Shown here: positions 1 to 8,948 of the stretch, one piece after another
Layout: each line of letters begins with the position of its first letter
How positions within the stretch are numbered: position 1 is the stretch's first letter
Origin: Candidatus Falkowbacteria bacterium RIFOXYA2_FULL_38_12
GTDB taxonomy: Bacteria; Patescibacteriota; Patescibacteriia; XYB2-FULL-38-15
Assembly (NCBI GenBank): GCA_001778095.1
Contig: MFGA01000023.1
Location: 46,811 to 110,810 of the forward strand
Reading direction: 5' to 3'
DNA: 64,000 bases
Program-made: the position numbers and the translations under genes
The notes under the pieces: generated by a model
What the model was told of the DNA's origin: nothing
Seen by the model: the letters and a program-made list of their open reading frames with translations, nothing else
The model's database searches: none

Positions 1-243
1 AGAATAGATATACTCAACTGTCGCCTGATTGCCGATTCTTTTTGATCCAAATGTTTTTTTATCCAAAACGATAGCTTTAACGGTGCGCTCTATTTTCATT
101 TTTCCCAAGGGTCCACTGAAAATAACAAATTCTCTAAATCCCCTGCCTTCCATTTCGCCCAACTCTTCTTTTCCCTCCTCCACAATTTCAAACTTTTCTT
201 TAATTTTAGATTTTGCGTCAAGCCATTTTTCGTCAGTCATAGA
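1..243 (-). CDS. hypothetical protein, N-terminal 81 codons only (continues past window start)
   Basis: Reverse-complement of 1-243 reads ATG(243-241) MTDEKWLDAKSKIKEKFEIVEEGKEELGEMEGRGF...VEYIYS with no stop before the window edge. It is absent from the ORF track only because it is truncated. The overlapping plus-strand ORF 29-256 is low-complexity. Confidence 0.35.
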
Positions 244-293
244 AATTAAAAGTTAAAAGAAATAAATCAAATCAAAAAACTCCAAAGCTTAAG

Positions 294-1283
294 TTAATTC
301 GAGAAACTACGGGAGAGGCGGAGGCCAAGATAGTAACGTGCATAGCTGGGAGTGTTGGCAGTGACATGCAGCCGCCGAGCATCCGAATACCAGCCCGAGA
401 GCACGACCCCAGAACCGGAGAAGGATTTCATAAGCCATGTCCAGTCGTTTTCACCAAAATGTTTGTGATTTTCTTCAAAATACATTCTCTGAAGAATCTC
501 GCATTCTTCTAAAGACAGACTCTCGGCTTTGATTTTAATTTTTTGTCCGCTGATTTTTACTTCAAAATCAACAGGCAGATCCTGGCCTTTAGAGATTCTG
601 CTTTTAACCTCAGCTTGGTCCATACCCGTCAAGGCCATGATATCTTTCCACGTGGTAGCTTTGAGTAGCGGATGATCCGCCAAATTTTGCGAGGAATGAA
701 CTAAAATAATTTTATATTTGCTTTCCGGAACGGAACTAATATTTTGTTGATCTCCCACCAAACGGTAGTAGGTGGCGGCAACGTTGCCTTTGCCCGCACA
801 CTCACTCATGGTTTCAATAAGCTTGCTGTTGAGACATTCTTCTTTTGGCAGGTTGTCCGGAATAATGAGGATGGAGTCATAGTTATACTTTTCAATTTCA
901 CCTTTAATTTCCGTATAATTTTTTTTCCATATTTCCCTGACTACGGATTCGTTGATTTCTATACCGAGTTTAGACTTGTAGAATTCTTTTTGCTCTTCTA
1001 TGGTCTTATTAAAGTTGATTTCTATTTCTTGGTCTGCTTTTCGCTCTTCTTTACTAGTTATTTCTTCATATTGTAAATAAAGATCAAAAGCTTCTTGTTC
1101 AGCCTCCTTATCACCATATTCTTTCCATTTTTTCAATGCTTCCTCTATTCTTTTCCGCAAAAAAATTATCTTTTTTTCACTAGGAGTCAAGTCATTTTCC
1201 CTTTTACAAAGAAAACTTTGGCCATAAAAATTACTAGGTATTAATTCCTCTATTGTCGGCCTTTTCCTATAACCTTCTCTCAT
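294..1283 (-). CDS. hypothetical protein (329 aa), no recognisable family motif; GC-rich 3' tail
   Basis: Long uninterrupted ORF with a charged, coiled-coil-like middle. It is in same-strand operon context with rarA, with an 11-nt gap. Confidence 0.55.
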   Translation of the reverse strand: MREGYRKRPTIEELIPSNFYGQSFLCKRENDLTPSEKKIIFLRKRIEEALKKWKEYGDKEAEQEAFDLYLQYEEITSKEERKADQEIEINFNKTIEEQKEFYKSKLGIEINESVVREIWKKNYTEIKGEIEKYNYDSILIIPDNLPKEECLNSKLIETMSECAGKGNVAATYYRLVGDQQNISSVPESKYKIILVHSSQNLADHPLLKATTWKDIMALTGMDQAEVKSRISKGQDLPVDFEVKISGQKIKIKAESLSLEECEILQRMYFEENHKHFGENDWTWLMKSFSGSGVVLSGWYSDARRLHVTANTPSYARYYLGLRLSRSFSN

Positions 1284-1293
1284 AAAATTTAAA

Positions 1294-2571
1294 TTATTCT
1301 AAATATTTTCTTCCCTCTAACCCCTCTGGCATATATTCTTGCTCTACGGGTTTATTAAAATCCGGATTATATTTATATCCCGCGCCGTAACCGATATTTT
1401 TCATTAATTCTGTCGGCGCGTTTCGCAAGTGAAGCGGAACGGGATCATTGCCTCGTTCTTCAATGTCCTTTTTTACTTTTCCGTAGGCAATATAAAGAGA
1501 GTTTGATTTTGTCGCTTTAGCCAAATAGACAACCGCTTGAGCCAAAATCACATTGCATTCCGGAACGCCGATATAGTGGCAGGCGGTAAAAGCAGAAGAA
1601 GCTTGCACCAAAGCTTCCGGATCAGCCAAACCAATATCCTCTGAAGCAAAACGAATTAATCGGCGAGCGATGAAAAGCGGATCTTCTCCGGCTTCCAGCA
1701 TTCTCGCCATCCAATATAGCGAAGCGTCCGGATCGCTTCCCCGCATTGATTTATGAAGGGCGGAAATAATATTGTAATGTTCTTCTCCGGCGCGGTCATA
1801 AATCAAATTTGTCTTTTGCAGAGCCTCTGTGATTATCTCCTGATCCAATTGTACCATTTTTTGCTCTCCCTTGCGACTTGCTTTAATTGCTATTTCTAGC
1901 GCGTTCAAGGCAGTGCGCGCGTCGCCGTTGGACATTATTGCCAAAAAATCCAAAGTTTTTTCTGTCACTTGAATATCCAGATAACCGAATCCTTTTTCTT
2001 TGTCGGACATTGCTCGTTTTATTATCAATTTAAGATTTTCCGGACTCAAGGGCTTTATAACAAAAACTCGGCATCTTGATAAAAGCGCCGAATTAACCTC
2101 AAAAGAAGGATTTTCCGTGGTTGCCCCTATTAAAATAATGATTCCGTTTTCCACAAACGGCAAAAGGGCGTCTTGCTGGGCTTTATTCCAACGATGTATT
2201 TCATCAATAAATAAAATTGTCCGCTCATTTCGCATTTTTCGCTTATCCTCGGCCTCGCTTATTACCCTTTTCAAATCAGCTTTTCCGGAAGAAGTCGCGC
2301 TAATGCTCTCAAAATTTGATTTTGTCAGTTTGGCGACAATTTTTGCCAAGGTTGTTTTTCCCGAGCCGGGCGGTCCCCAAAAAAGCATAGAAAAAAGTTC
2401 GTCTTTTTCTATAGCGCGACGCAACAATTTTCCCTCACTGATAATTTCTTCTTGGCCAAAAAAATCATCCAATGTTTCCGGCCGGATTCTATCGGCAAGA
2501 GGAGCGTCTTTTTTCAAATATTGATTGAATTGGTTATCAAACAAACCAACTTTTTGATTTATTGGCGTCAT
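1294..2571 (-). CDS. rarA: replication-associated recombination protein A (RarA/MgsA AAA+ ATPase)
   Basis: Walker A GPPGSGKTT, Walker B LFIDEIHR and the C-terminal MgsA helical domain are present. The start is moved to MTPINQK (codon 2569-2571) because the ORF-track start at 2589 lies inside an intercistronic palindromic repeat. Confidence 0.85.
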   Translation of the reverse strand: MTPINQKVGLFDNQFNQYLKKDAPLADRIRPETLDDFFGQEEIISEGKLLRRAIEKDELFSMLFWGPPGSGKTTLAKIVAKLTKSNFESISATSSGKADLKRVISEAEDKRKMRNERTILFIDEIHRWNKAQQDALLPFVENGIIILIGATTENPSFEVNSALLSRCRVFVIKPLSPENLKLIIKRAMSDKEKGFGYLDIQVTEKTLDFLAIMSNGDARTALNALEIAIKASRKGEQKMVQLDQEIITEALQKTNLIYDRAGEEHYNIISALHKSMRGSDPDASLYWMARMLEAGEDPLFIARRLIRFASEDIGLADPEALVQASSAFTACHYIGVPECNVILAQAVVYLAKATKSNSLYIAYGKVKKDIEERGNDPVPLHLRNAPTELMKNIGYGAGYKYNPDFNKPVEQEYMPEGLEGRKYLE

Positions 2572-2584
2572 AATAAAAAAATAT

Positions 2585-2684
2585 GTCATTTTCGCCCGCC
2601 TTCGCTATGGCTCCGGCGAGACAAGCGCAGGAGGGAATCTACTTTTTTTAGAAGAGTGGATCCCCGCCTGCGCGAGGATGACAG
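2585..2684. repeat. degenerate member of the GTCATYCYGAGC...GGATGAC palindromic intercistronic element family
   Basis: Left end GTCATTTTCGCCCGCCTTCGC and right end GGATCCCCGCCTGCGCGAGGATGAC are seen. It is visibly GC-richer than the flanks and sits between the folC stop and the rarA start. Confidence 0.35.
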
Positions 2685-2689
2685 TAAAA

Positions 2690-3970
2690 TCAGAAACTGC
2701 TCAAATTTTTTAGAACAAACTCCTCGCTGTACCATTTTTTTCTTAATTCTCCGGCAAGAAAGAATGAACCGGTCACTAAAATAGCATCTTCAGGCGAAGC
2801 TAATTTCAAAACCATATCTAGCGCCTGACTTGGATCATGCAACACGGTTATTTTTGCTTTTGAATTTTTATAACGAGAAAAGAATTCCGCTAAATCTTTT
2901 GGCGGGGCGCATTTTCTTTCGCTAACCAGGTAACGAGTACAAAAAACATGATCGGCAACTGGCGCGATAATTTTTACAATTTCTTCCACTTCTTTATTTT
3001 TAGCAATGGAAAAAACTAAAAATAACTTTTTGTATTTTATTTTTTTAAGGTTGGCTATTGTGGAACTTATCTTGGAAAAATTGTGAGCTCCGTCAAGAAT
3101 AACGATCGGATTTTTTTGGACAATTTCAAAGCGACAAGGTAGCTTGGTTTTTTCGAGCCCAATCGCGATATCTTTTTCGCTTATGCCGATGTGACGCGCG
3201 ACGGCAGAAACAAGCGAGGCGTTAATTTCTTTTACGTCCTCGCTTTTATTTTTAATAAAATTGAATTTAACTTTTTCTTTTTGGCAAATTTCTTCAAAAA
3301 TTTTAAGCAAGCGCGGTCTTTGCTCTGTCGTGAAAAAAACCGAGCCCTTTTTTATAATCCCGGCTTTATCATAAGCAATCTTTTTTAATGTTTTTCCCAG
3401 AATATGCGTGTGGTCGTAATTGATATTGGTAATCACGGTGGCAACAGGATTTTGAATAATATTAGTTGCGTCATATCGCCCCCCGCATCCAACCTCGGCA
3501 ACAACCCAATCGCATTTTTTCCTCGCAAAATAAACTAGGGATATGGCAAAAAATAGTTCAAAGTAAGATGGCCCGCCGTATGGGCTGGTCACAAAAGCCT
3601 TGTCTATGTGTGGCTTTAAATACGCTAAAATATCCGCGAACTCATCGGGCGGAATATATTTATCATTAACCCTGATTTTTTCTATTGAGGTAGTGGCAAA
3701 AGGAGAAGTAAAAAGACCGACATTTTTCCCCGAGGCAAAAAGTACTTCTTGGAGCATCGTCGCTACCGTCCCCTTACCGGAAGTCCCCGTAACGTGAATA
3801 AACTTAAAATTTTTATCAGGATCTCCCAAAAGATGGAGAAAGTACCTCATTCTTTTTGTGTAGATACTCTCATCAATCTTGTGATCTTTTTTCATGTAAT
3901 CACTGGACAGAACATTGGAAAGACCCTCAATAAACCTCACCGCCTCATAGTATTTTTCAAACTTATCCAT
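2690..3970 (-). CDS. folC: bifunctional folylpolyglutamate synthase / dihydrofolate synthase
   Basis: Mur-ligase P-loop VTGTSGKGT, the DHFS/FPGS central domain motifs (ITNINYDH, ILDGAHN) and the C-terminal Mur ligase domain are present. Confidence 0.8.
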   Translation of the reverse strand: MDKFEKYYEAVRFIEGLSNVLSSDYMKKDHKIDESIYTKRMRYFLHLLGDPDKNFKFIHVTGTSGKGTVATMLQEVLFASGKNVGLFTSPFATTSIEKIRVNDKYIPPDEFADILAYLKPHIDKAFVTSPYGGPSYFELFFAISLVYFARKKCDWVVAEVGCGGRYDATNIIQNPVATVITNINYDHTHILGKTLKKIAYDKAGIIKKGSVFFTTEQRPRLLKIFEEICQKEKVKFNFIKNKSEDVKEINASLVSAVARHIGISEKDIAIGLEKTKLPCRFEIVQKNPIVILDGAHNFSKISSTIANLKKIKYKKLFLVFSIAKNKEVEEIVKIIAPVADHVFCTRYLVSERKCAPPKDLAEFFSRYKNSKAKITVLHDPSQALDMVLKLASPEDAILVTGSFFLAGELRKKWYSEEFVLKNLSSF

Positions 3971-3973
3971 AGT

Positions 3974-4678
3974 TTACGATAGACGACTCAGAAGACCGGC
4001 CCAAACATATTTTTTATCTACCAAAAATTCCAATTTGACCCATTTTTTTTCAACTAAAATATTCAAGACATTATTAAAAACCAAATACGTGGCCATAATG
4101 CCAAAGGCGAAGAGAATGCGTTCCATGGCAACGACCGGAATAAGGGATGTCCAGATCGCTTTAGAGAGACCAAAAACATAAAGATAAAGGGTGCTTCCGA
4201 CCGCGTGCGCCGTAAAAGTTGTTCCTAGGCTACGCCCCAGTAAAGATTTATCGCGGAGAAAATAGCAAACTATCGGGATCAGCCAATACATTGAATAATA
4301 CCAGGCTTGGCGGCCGATTGGGTGGGAGATAAAAGCAACGATGGCAATGGCCGGAATGATAATATTCGCTTTTCCTTTTTTGGCGAAATAAAGAGCGGCG
4401 AAGAGCATGGGAAAAAATTTAATGATCGTGCCCGGATCAATAACGTTTGCGCCATGGATTAAAAAGTTAGCCAATTGCATTAAAAAAATAGCAATAATTC
4501 CCGGGACTAAACCGATAAAACCGGAAGCAACCGGACCAAAAAAATCAAAAAGAGTAAATTTGGTTTTTGATCCGACGATCTGGGCAACGGGAACTTGCAA
4601 AGCGATTAACCCGATAACCGCAAAAATCACGATAAATAAAATGTTCTTTTTGTTAAAATAGTCTTTTATGTTTTTCAT
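3974..4678 (-). CDS. polytopic membrane protein (6 TM), ECF-transporter S-component-like; possibly folate-family substrate capture
   Basis: 234 aa with about six hydrophobic helices and no soluble domain. It lies immediately downstream of folC on the same strand. The function is inferred from context and architecture only. Confidence 0.4.
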   Translation of the reverse strand: MKNIKDYFNKKNILFIVIFAVIGLIALQVPVAQIVGSKTKFTLFDFFGPVASGFIGLVPGIIAIFLMQLANFLIHGANVIDPGTIIKFFPMLFAALYFAKKGKANIIIPAIAIVAFISHPIGRQAWYYSMYWLIPIVCYFLRDKSLLGRSLGTTFTAHAVGSTLYLYVFGLSKAIWTSLIPVVAMERILFAFGIMATYLVFNNVLNILVEKKWVKLEFLVDKKYVWAGLLSRLS

Positions 4679-4813
4679 AAATATTTGATATTAGAAAATG
4701 ATTAAATTTGTGCGTTCTCGCTAAAATAAAAATTAGACCATAGTTTTTTGATAGTGGTTAATTACGAGGAGATTATACCTTTTTTTCGGATTTTCGTCTA
4801 CTACAAATAATAT

Positions 4814-4842
4814 TTTACAATTCGGCATCATAGTGTTAAGAT
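4814..4842 (+). promoter_or_regulatory. sigma70-like promoter for tRNA-Pro
   Basis: The -35 TTTACA (4814-4819) is followed by a 17-nt spacer and an extended -10 TGtTAAGAT (4834-4842). The tRNA 5' end lies about 11 nt downstream. Confidence 0.35.
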
Positions 4843-4853
4843 AAAAACAATTT

Positions 4854-4925
4854 CGGGGACTAGTTCATCGGCAGAACGCTCGGTTCGGGACCGAGAGGCA
4901 GAGGGTTCAATTCCCTCGTCCCCGA
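4854..4925 (+). tRNA. tRNA-Pro(CGG)
   Basis: Manual fold: 7-bp acceptor CGGGGAC/GTCCCCG, D-arm GTTC-ATCGGCA-GAAC, anticodon stem CTCGG/CCGAG with loop TTCGGGA (U33, anticodon CGG, G37), T-arm GAGGG-TTCAATT-CCCTC, discriminator A. CCA is not encoded. The 3' trailer contains an 8-bp hairpin GACCACGC-TTA-GCGTGGTC (4955-4973). Confidence 0.85.
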
Positions 4926-5017
4926 TTTTAGTCCGCCGAAGCTTTAGCGGAAGCGACCACGCTTAGCGTGGTCAACGGACAGCTCAGCTGATCGACCAAA
5001 TAAGCTGTTTTTAAAAT

Positions 5018-6313
5018 ATGAATGAAAACGAATTTGATATTATAGTTGTCGGCGCCAGTTTCGCAGGAATGTCCTTTGTTCGCAACCTCCCAAGAAATTC
5101 AAATTTAAAAATTTTAGTAGTTGACGCAAAGGTGGCAATTGGCGCAACAGTTGAATCAACCGGACTCATAACCGAACATACAAGACGGTTATTCTCCGGT
5201 TTTTTTGATATAGACCAATATATAACCAATAAAATTACAACTATCGGTGTAATAACCACCGATTTCGAAGAATGCTTTTTCTCCAAACAACCAACGCCGT
5301 GGATTTACCAAACGGACACCAAAAAGCTTATCCAATCGCTAGCTTCCAATTTGCCTCCAAATGTAACCGTCTGGCCGGATACCTTTTATCTAGAAAACGA
5401 CAAGCCGGATGACTTTGGATGGATGAATATCACTCTTACGAAACAAGGGAAAAATGTTAATCTGAAAACAAAATTTTTGATTGGCGCCGATGGCGGAAAC
5501 TCAAGGGTGGCAAAAATAAATAATCTAGACGAAAATAAAAAATTCCTCTTCGGAATCGAGGAAGTTTATTTTGGAAAAATTAATCTCGGACCAAATCCTA
5601 ATGAAACAATTTACCATTTTTGGTTTGGCGAGTTTTCTCTAGGCTATGGCGGTTGGCTCTCCTCAACAATAATTGAGGGAAGGCCGGCCTTTCGTATCGG
5701 CCTTGCTAAAAAGATTGGCGACAGTAAAGATTCCAAGAAAATATTACAACAGTTCACGACAATACTTCTTCAGAAAAAAATTATTACGATTGAAAATCAA
5801 GACAACTCCTCTTGCGGGACTTACGGTAGCAACATCCCTATTGGTGGACCTCTCCAAAAATTTTATTGTACCGGGGTTATGTTAATTGGCGACGCAGCCG
5901 GATTCTGTGGAGCATTTTCCGCCGATGGCATAAAAGGCGCGGTGATTTCTGGTATTGAATCGGCAAAAATAGTCTCTACGTATCTTTCGTGTAAACTTCC
6001 CGACAACTCAATTTTGAAGAGCCTCCACACTAGAATGAACGCTCACCATAATGTAATCACATATTACAAAAAACAAATATTCTACCGTTTTGTCTGGGAC
6101 ATAATGCGATCAAATCGGACATTCAGGCAAATGTTTAAAATAATCAAGAAAGAAAAAGAGGGATTCTTAAAACAATTCTGCGACAGCAAGGAAAAAGGTA
6201 AGGGATTGATTTTTGTAGTTTTAAAATTACGCAATATTCCCAGCTTAATTTTATACGCCTTTTATTTATTAATAGATTTATTTAAAAGTAAATCCGTTAA
6301 AAACACTGATTAA
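5018..6313 (+). CDS. FAD-dependent oxidoreductase, geranylgeranyl-reductase family
   Basis: N-terminal dinucleotide-binding motif DIIVVGASFAG, and GADGGNSRVA and GDAAGF motifs typical of FixC/geranylgeranyl reductase-like flavoproteins. Confidence 0.7.
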   Translation: MNENEFDIIVVGASFAGMSFVRNLPRNSNLKILVVDAKVAIGATVESTGLITEHTRRLFSGFFDIDQYITNKITTIGVITTDFEECFFSKQPTPWIYQTDTKKLIQSLASNLPPNVTVWPDTFYLENDKPDDFGWMNITLTKQGKNVNLKTKFLIGADGGNSRVAKINNLDENKKFLFGIEEVYFGKINLGPNPNETIYHFWFGEFSLGYGGWLSSTIIEGRPAFRIGLAKKIGDSKDSKKILQQFTTILLQKKIITIENQDNSSCGTYGSNIPIGGPLQKFYCTGVMLIGDAAGFCGAFSADGIKGAVISGIESAKIVSTYLSCKLPDNSILKSLHTRMNAHHNVITYYKKQIFYRFVWDIMRSNRTFRQMFKIIKKEKEGFLKQFCDSKEKGKGLIFVVLKLRNIPSLILYAFYLLIDLFKSKSVKNTD

Positions 6314-6330
6314 GTTGATGGTTAAAAATA

Positions 6331-6360
6331 AAATCCGCTAGCCTTACCAGCGGATTTTTT
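6331..6360. terminator. bidirectional rho-independent terminator between convergent genes
   Basis: Stem AAATCCGCT / AGCGGATTT with a 9-nt loop, followed by TTTTTT on the plus strand and preceded by an A/T run, so it also works on the minus strand. Confidence 0.55.
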
Positions 6361-6381
6361 GTATAAAAATTTAATTTAAGA

Positions 6382-8091
6382 TTATTCCACTTCTTTTTCA
6401 ATATTTTTAATTTCTTTGCCGACAATTTCCGCAATATTGTTTATATCTCTTTTAATCTTTCTAATATTTTTCTCTTCCTCTGTAAATTTAATTTTTGATC
6501 TTCTCTTTTCCAGCAGTTTAGCCTGCTCTTGAATGTCTTCTTTTAGTAAATCAATCGTTCTGTAAAGAGCATATGTGGCTTCGCGGGCTTCTCTGCGGAT
6601 TTTTTTGCGAAGTGAGAAAAATTTATTTAGAACAAACGTAATGATGGCAAGCAAAAGAATAATAATCGCGACAACGGCAAGAGTTAGAAAATCTTGATCC
6701 CCTATTTTCTGCTGACCAACAACAAAAGAAACTTTATCGGTTGGTTTGCTCTTAGCGCCAACGCTATTCACTGCCTCTGCCCAAAATTCATAATTTCCCG
6801 CTGTTGCGGTTTCTTTCGCAGTAAAAATAAAATTTCCGCTTTTATCACTGTCTATAATATAGTTTTTTACATCCTTTCCCTGTTTTTGCAACCATAGGGA
6901 AACTCGGGTACCCGAGCCTGTTGCGCCTTTAAAAATAATTTTTTCTCCACTTTTGATTCCCTTCGGATAATCGATAATGTTGGGCATATCAAGTGGAGTA
7001 ATTTCAAATTCCGCCGAATCACCGACGGCATTACCCGCCTTATCTACAGCTCTTACATTTAAAATATGTTTACCAAAAATAAGCACCGAAGTTTCAAAAA
7101 TTCCATCTTCGTTTCCTTCCCAGATTTGCGTATTTTCTTTATCAATATCTATTTCATAGTAATCAATTCCGGATGTTCTATCTTCTGCTTGAATTTTAAA
7201 CTTAACCTTTGGATTAGTCAGATCTTCTCTCTTTTGCTCTTCTATTCTAAGACTAACTGGTTTTTCCATATCTATTTGAAAACGGAAATGAAAAATACTT
7301 CCCCAACCTGCGTCATTTTTTAAACGCGCGTGAAAATACCAAGTGCCATCCGACAAATCAAAAATCTCCTTAGATGTAATTGCTGATGTATAAGTTGTCG
7401 TTGGGGTAGATCGAGGTATTTTACTGATAAGCAACTGCGCTCCCTTTATTCCCTGCGGGACTGTCCAAACGAACTTTGCGTCTTCTGATGCATACCATTT
7501 GTCCTGATCCGGATGTGTTGGCGAAGAAATGTGCGGCGCGGAAGGCTTGTCGGAAATCACAGGCGCCGGCTTCACCTCGGGAGTAGTGGGAGTAGCGGCG
7601 CCTATGCTAAATTTAGCAGTTCCCAAACTTTTTAAAATATTTGTGCCATTTCCGTCGTTAGCTAAAACTGAACTTGAGGAAAAATTCAAAAGAGCCTCTC
7701 CGGCCTTTTTCGCTTTAAAGTTTATTGTAATAAGCTTTCCGCTGGCCCCCTTAAATCCCGGATTTAAAACGATACCCTCAAAATTTATTTTCCCCGTACT
7801 GTTTTGGAATGAAGGTTCTTGAACCCAGAGACTAAGAATAGAGCCACCTTTTGAGATAGAGGATACTTCTAATTGATCCTTGGGAAAAGAAACCGTTCCG
7901 GAAACCGCATTCATGACTTGGTCGGAACTTGAAACATAAATACCGACTGAAAAAGAAGAATTTGAAGAATATGACCAGCTGGATGGAGAAAAATATAAAT
8001 TGGCCGCTTTAGCAAAAGCCGGCCAACAAACAAAAAAAATAATCGCTGAAGAAAAAAATAATAAAATTTTTACTTTTTGCCTCCTCGCCAT
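6382..8091 (-). CDS. cell-surface protein: signal peptide, cohesin-like domain, Pro/Thr linker, Ig-like domains, single TM and ~80-aa charged coiled-coil cytoplasmic tail
   Basis: N-terminal hydrophobic signal. Residues ~40-150 share the pattern F.VG...V...NA..G...FP......G.SI...W...P...G.I.F.GI...NDG.GT with the next gene, which I read as cohesin-like. The SGIDYYEIDID motif is also shared with the paralog. C-terminal TM FLTLAVVAIIILLLAIITFVL is followed by a KR/E-rich tail. Confidence 0.5.
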   Translation of the reverse strand: MARRQKVKILLFFSSAIIFFVCWPAFAKAANLYFSPSSWSYSSNSSFSVGIYVSSSDQVMNAVSGTVSFPKDQLEVSSISKGGSILSLWVQEPSFQNSTGKINFEGIVLNPGFKGASGKLITINFKAKKAGEALLNFSSSSVLANDGNGTNILKSLGTAKFSIGAATPTTPEVKPAPVISDKPSAPHISSPTHPDQDKWYASEDAKFVWTVPQGIKGAQLLISKIPRSTPTTTYTSAITSKEIFDLSDGTWYFHARLKNDAGWGSIFHFRFQIDMEKPVSLRIEEQKREDLTNPKVKFKIQAEDRTSGIDYYEIDIDKENTQIWEGNEDGIFETSVLIFGKHILNVRAVDKAGNAVGDSAEFEITPLDMPNIIDYPKGIKSGEKIIFKGATGSGTRVSLWLQKQGKDVKNYIIDSDKSGNFIFTAKETATAGNYEFWAEAVNSVGAKSKPTDKVSFVVGQQKIGDQDFLTLAVVAIIILLLAIITFVLNKFFSLRKKIRREAREATYALYRTIDLLKEDIQEQAKLLEKRRSKIKFTEEEKNIRKIKRDINNIAEIVGKEIKNIEKEVE

Positions 8092-8939
8092 AGAATTATC
8101 GAAATCAAATATCCAATTACTATTACTAATATAGTTATTATAGCAAAAATTAAATATCTTTCATACCATTTTTCAATTTTCTGTCGCGGTAAAATAGCAA
8201 CTCTCTCGTTTCCCTTTCTATCTATGGCCTTTACTGTGATCTCTTTGCTTAAATTTTGATTTTCTAAAAGATATGGGCTTTCCGCTATAACGCATTTTTT
8301 CCCTTCGCATACTTCGTAATGATCAATCCCCGAGACTTTATCTTGACTGCTGAAAACTAAAAACTGCTTACCATTAAATATTTCCGGATCGCTTGTCATT
8401 ATCAATTCAATCGGCTCGGGAGGCTCAATATCTTTTTCCTCGGGAGCAATGGAAGATGGAAAAAGCTGGTCTTGTTTTAAAATATAAAAACCAGGGTTAG
8501 ATGTTTTTATATTTGCCTCTGTCCCCTCCCCGTCATTTTTTAATATTTTTACATTGTTAATTCCAAAAATACCCTGTCCTTCTTTAAGAGATTGAAATAC
8601 TGCCGAGAAAACCAAACCCTTTTTATCGGAATAGCCTCCGGGAATAATTCCCGAAAACATAATTTCTCCATTACTATTCTTTGGTTTGTCAATCCAAAAA
8701 TTAATAATGGAGTTGCCGTCTCTTATCTCTTTTAGAGAAATGATTTCTTCGGGGAATATTATTTTCCCCTCAATCGCGTTAATATCTTCATCTTCCGTAT
8801 TAACAAAAAATCCCGCTTCAAAGATATCGCCGACCCGAAAAGTTTGATTTTTTATTTCAAAAATCGTCTCTGCAGCGAAAGTAAAACGGGCTAAGAACAA
8901 AAAAAATAATATAAAAGTAAAAACAATAATTTTCCGCAT
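8070..8939 (-). CDS. cohesin-like domain protein with C-terminal membrane anchor (paralog of upstream gene)
   Basis: Signal peptide, a cohesin-like N-domain (NAIEGKIIFPEEIISLKEI...GEIMFSGIIPGG...LKNDGEGT), SGIDHYEV, and C-terminal TM LIFAIITILVIVIGYLISIILW followed by RGGKK. It overlaps the next gene by 22 nt. Confidence 0.5.
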   Translation of the reverse strand: MRKIIVFTFILFFLFLARFTFAAETIFEIKNQTFRVGDIFEAGFFVNTEDEDINAIEGKIIFPEEIISLKEIRDGNSIINFWIDKPKNSNGEIMFSGIIPGGYSDKKGLVFSAVFQSLKEGQGIFGINNVKILKNDGEGTEANIKTSNPGFYILKQDQLFPSSIAPEEKDIEPPEPIELIMTSDPEIFNGKQFLVFSSQDKVSGIDHYEVCEGKKCVIAESPYLLENQNLSKEITVKAIDRKGNERVAILPRQKIEKWYERYLIFAIITILVIVIGYLISIILWRGGKK

Positions 8940-8948
8940 AGTTTAAAA

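Noticed and set aside
29-256. Plus-strand 75-aa ORF at the window start
   Set aside because: Low-complexity translation. The opposite strand carries a better open frame (MTDEKWLDAKSK...) with no stop before the window edge.
300-480. GC-rich tail as an SRP RNA, RNase P RNA, tmRNA or 5S rRNA
   Set aside because: None of the conserved motifs I checked is present. These were SRP domain IV GGAAGG...AGCAGC, RNase P GGAAAGUCCGG / ACAGAAUCCGGCUUA, tmRNA 5' GGGGCUGAUUCUGGAUUCGAC and 5S CCGAACUCAGAAGUGAAAC. It is kept only as a compositional anomaly.
744-2784. Several 100-170-aa plus-strand ORFs (744-1076, 2000-2524, 2452-2784)
   Set aside because: They are antisense to the hypothetical protein, rarA and folC, and are Phe/Ile/Ser-rich shadow ORFs typical of AT-rich DNA.
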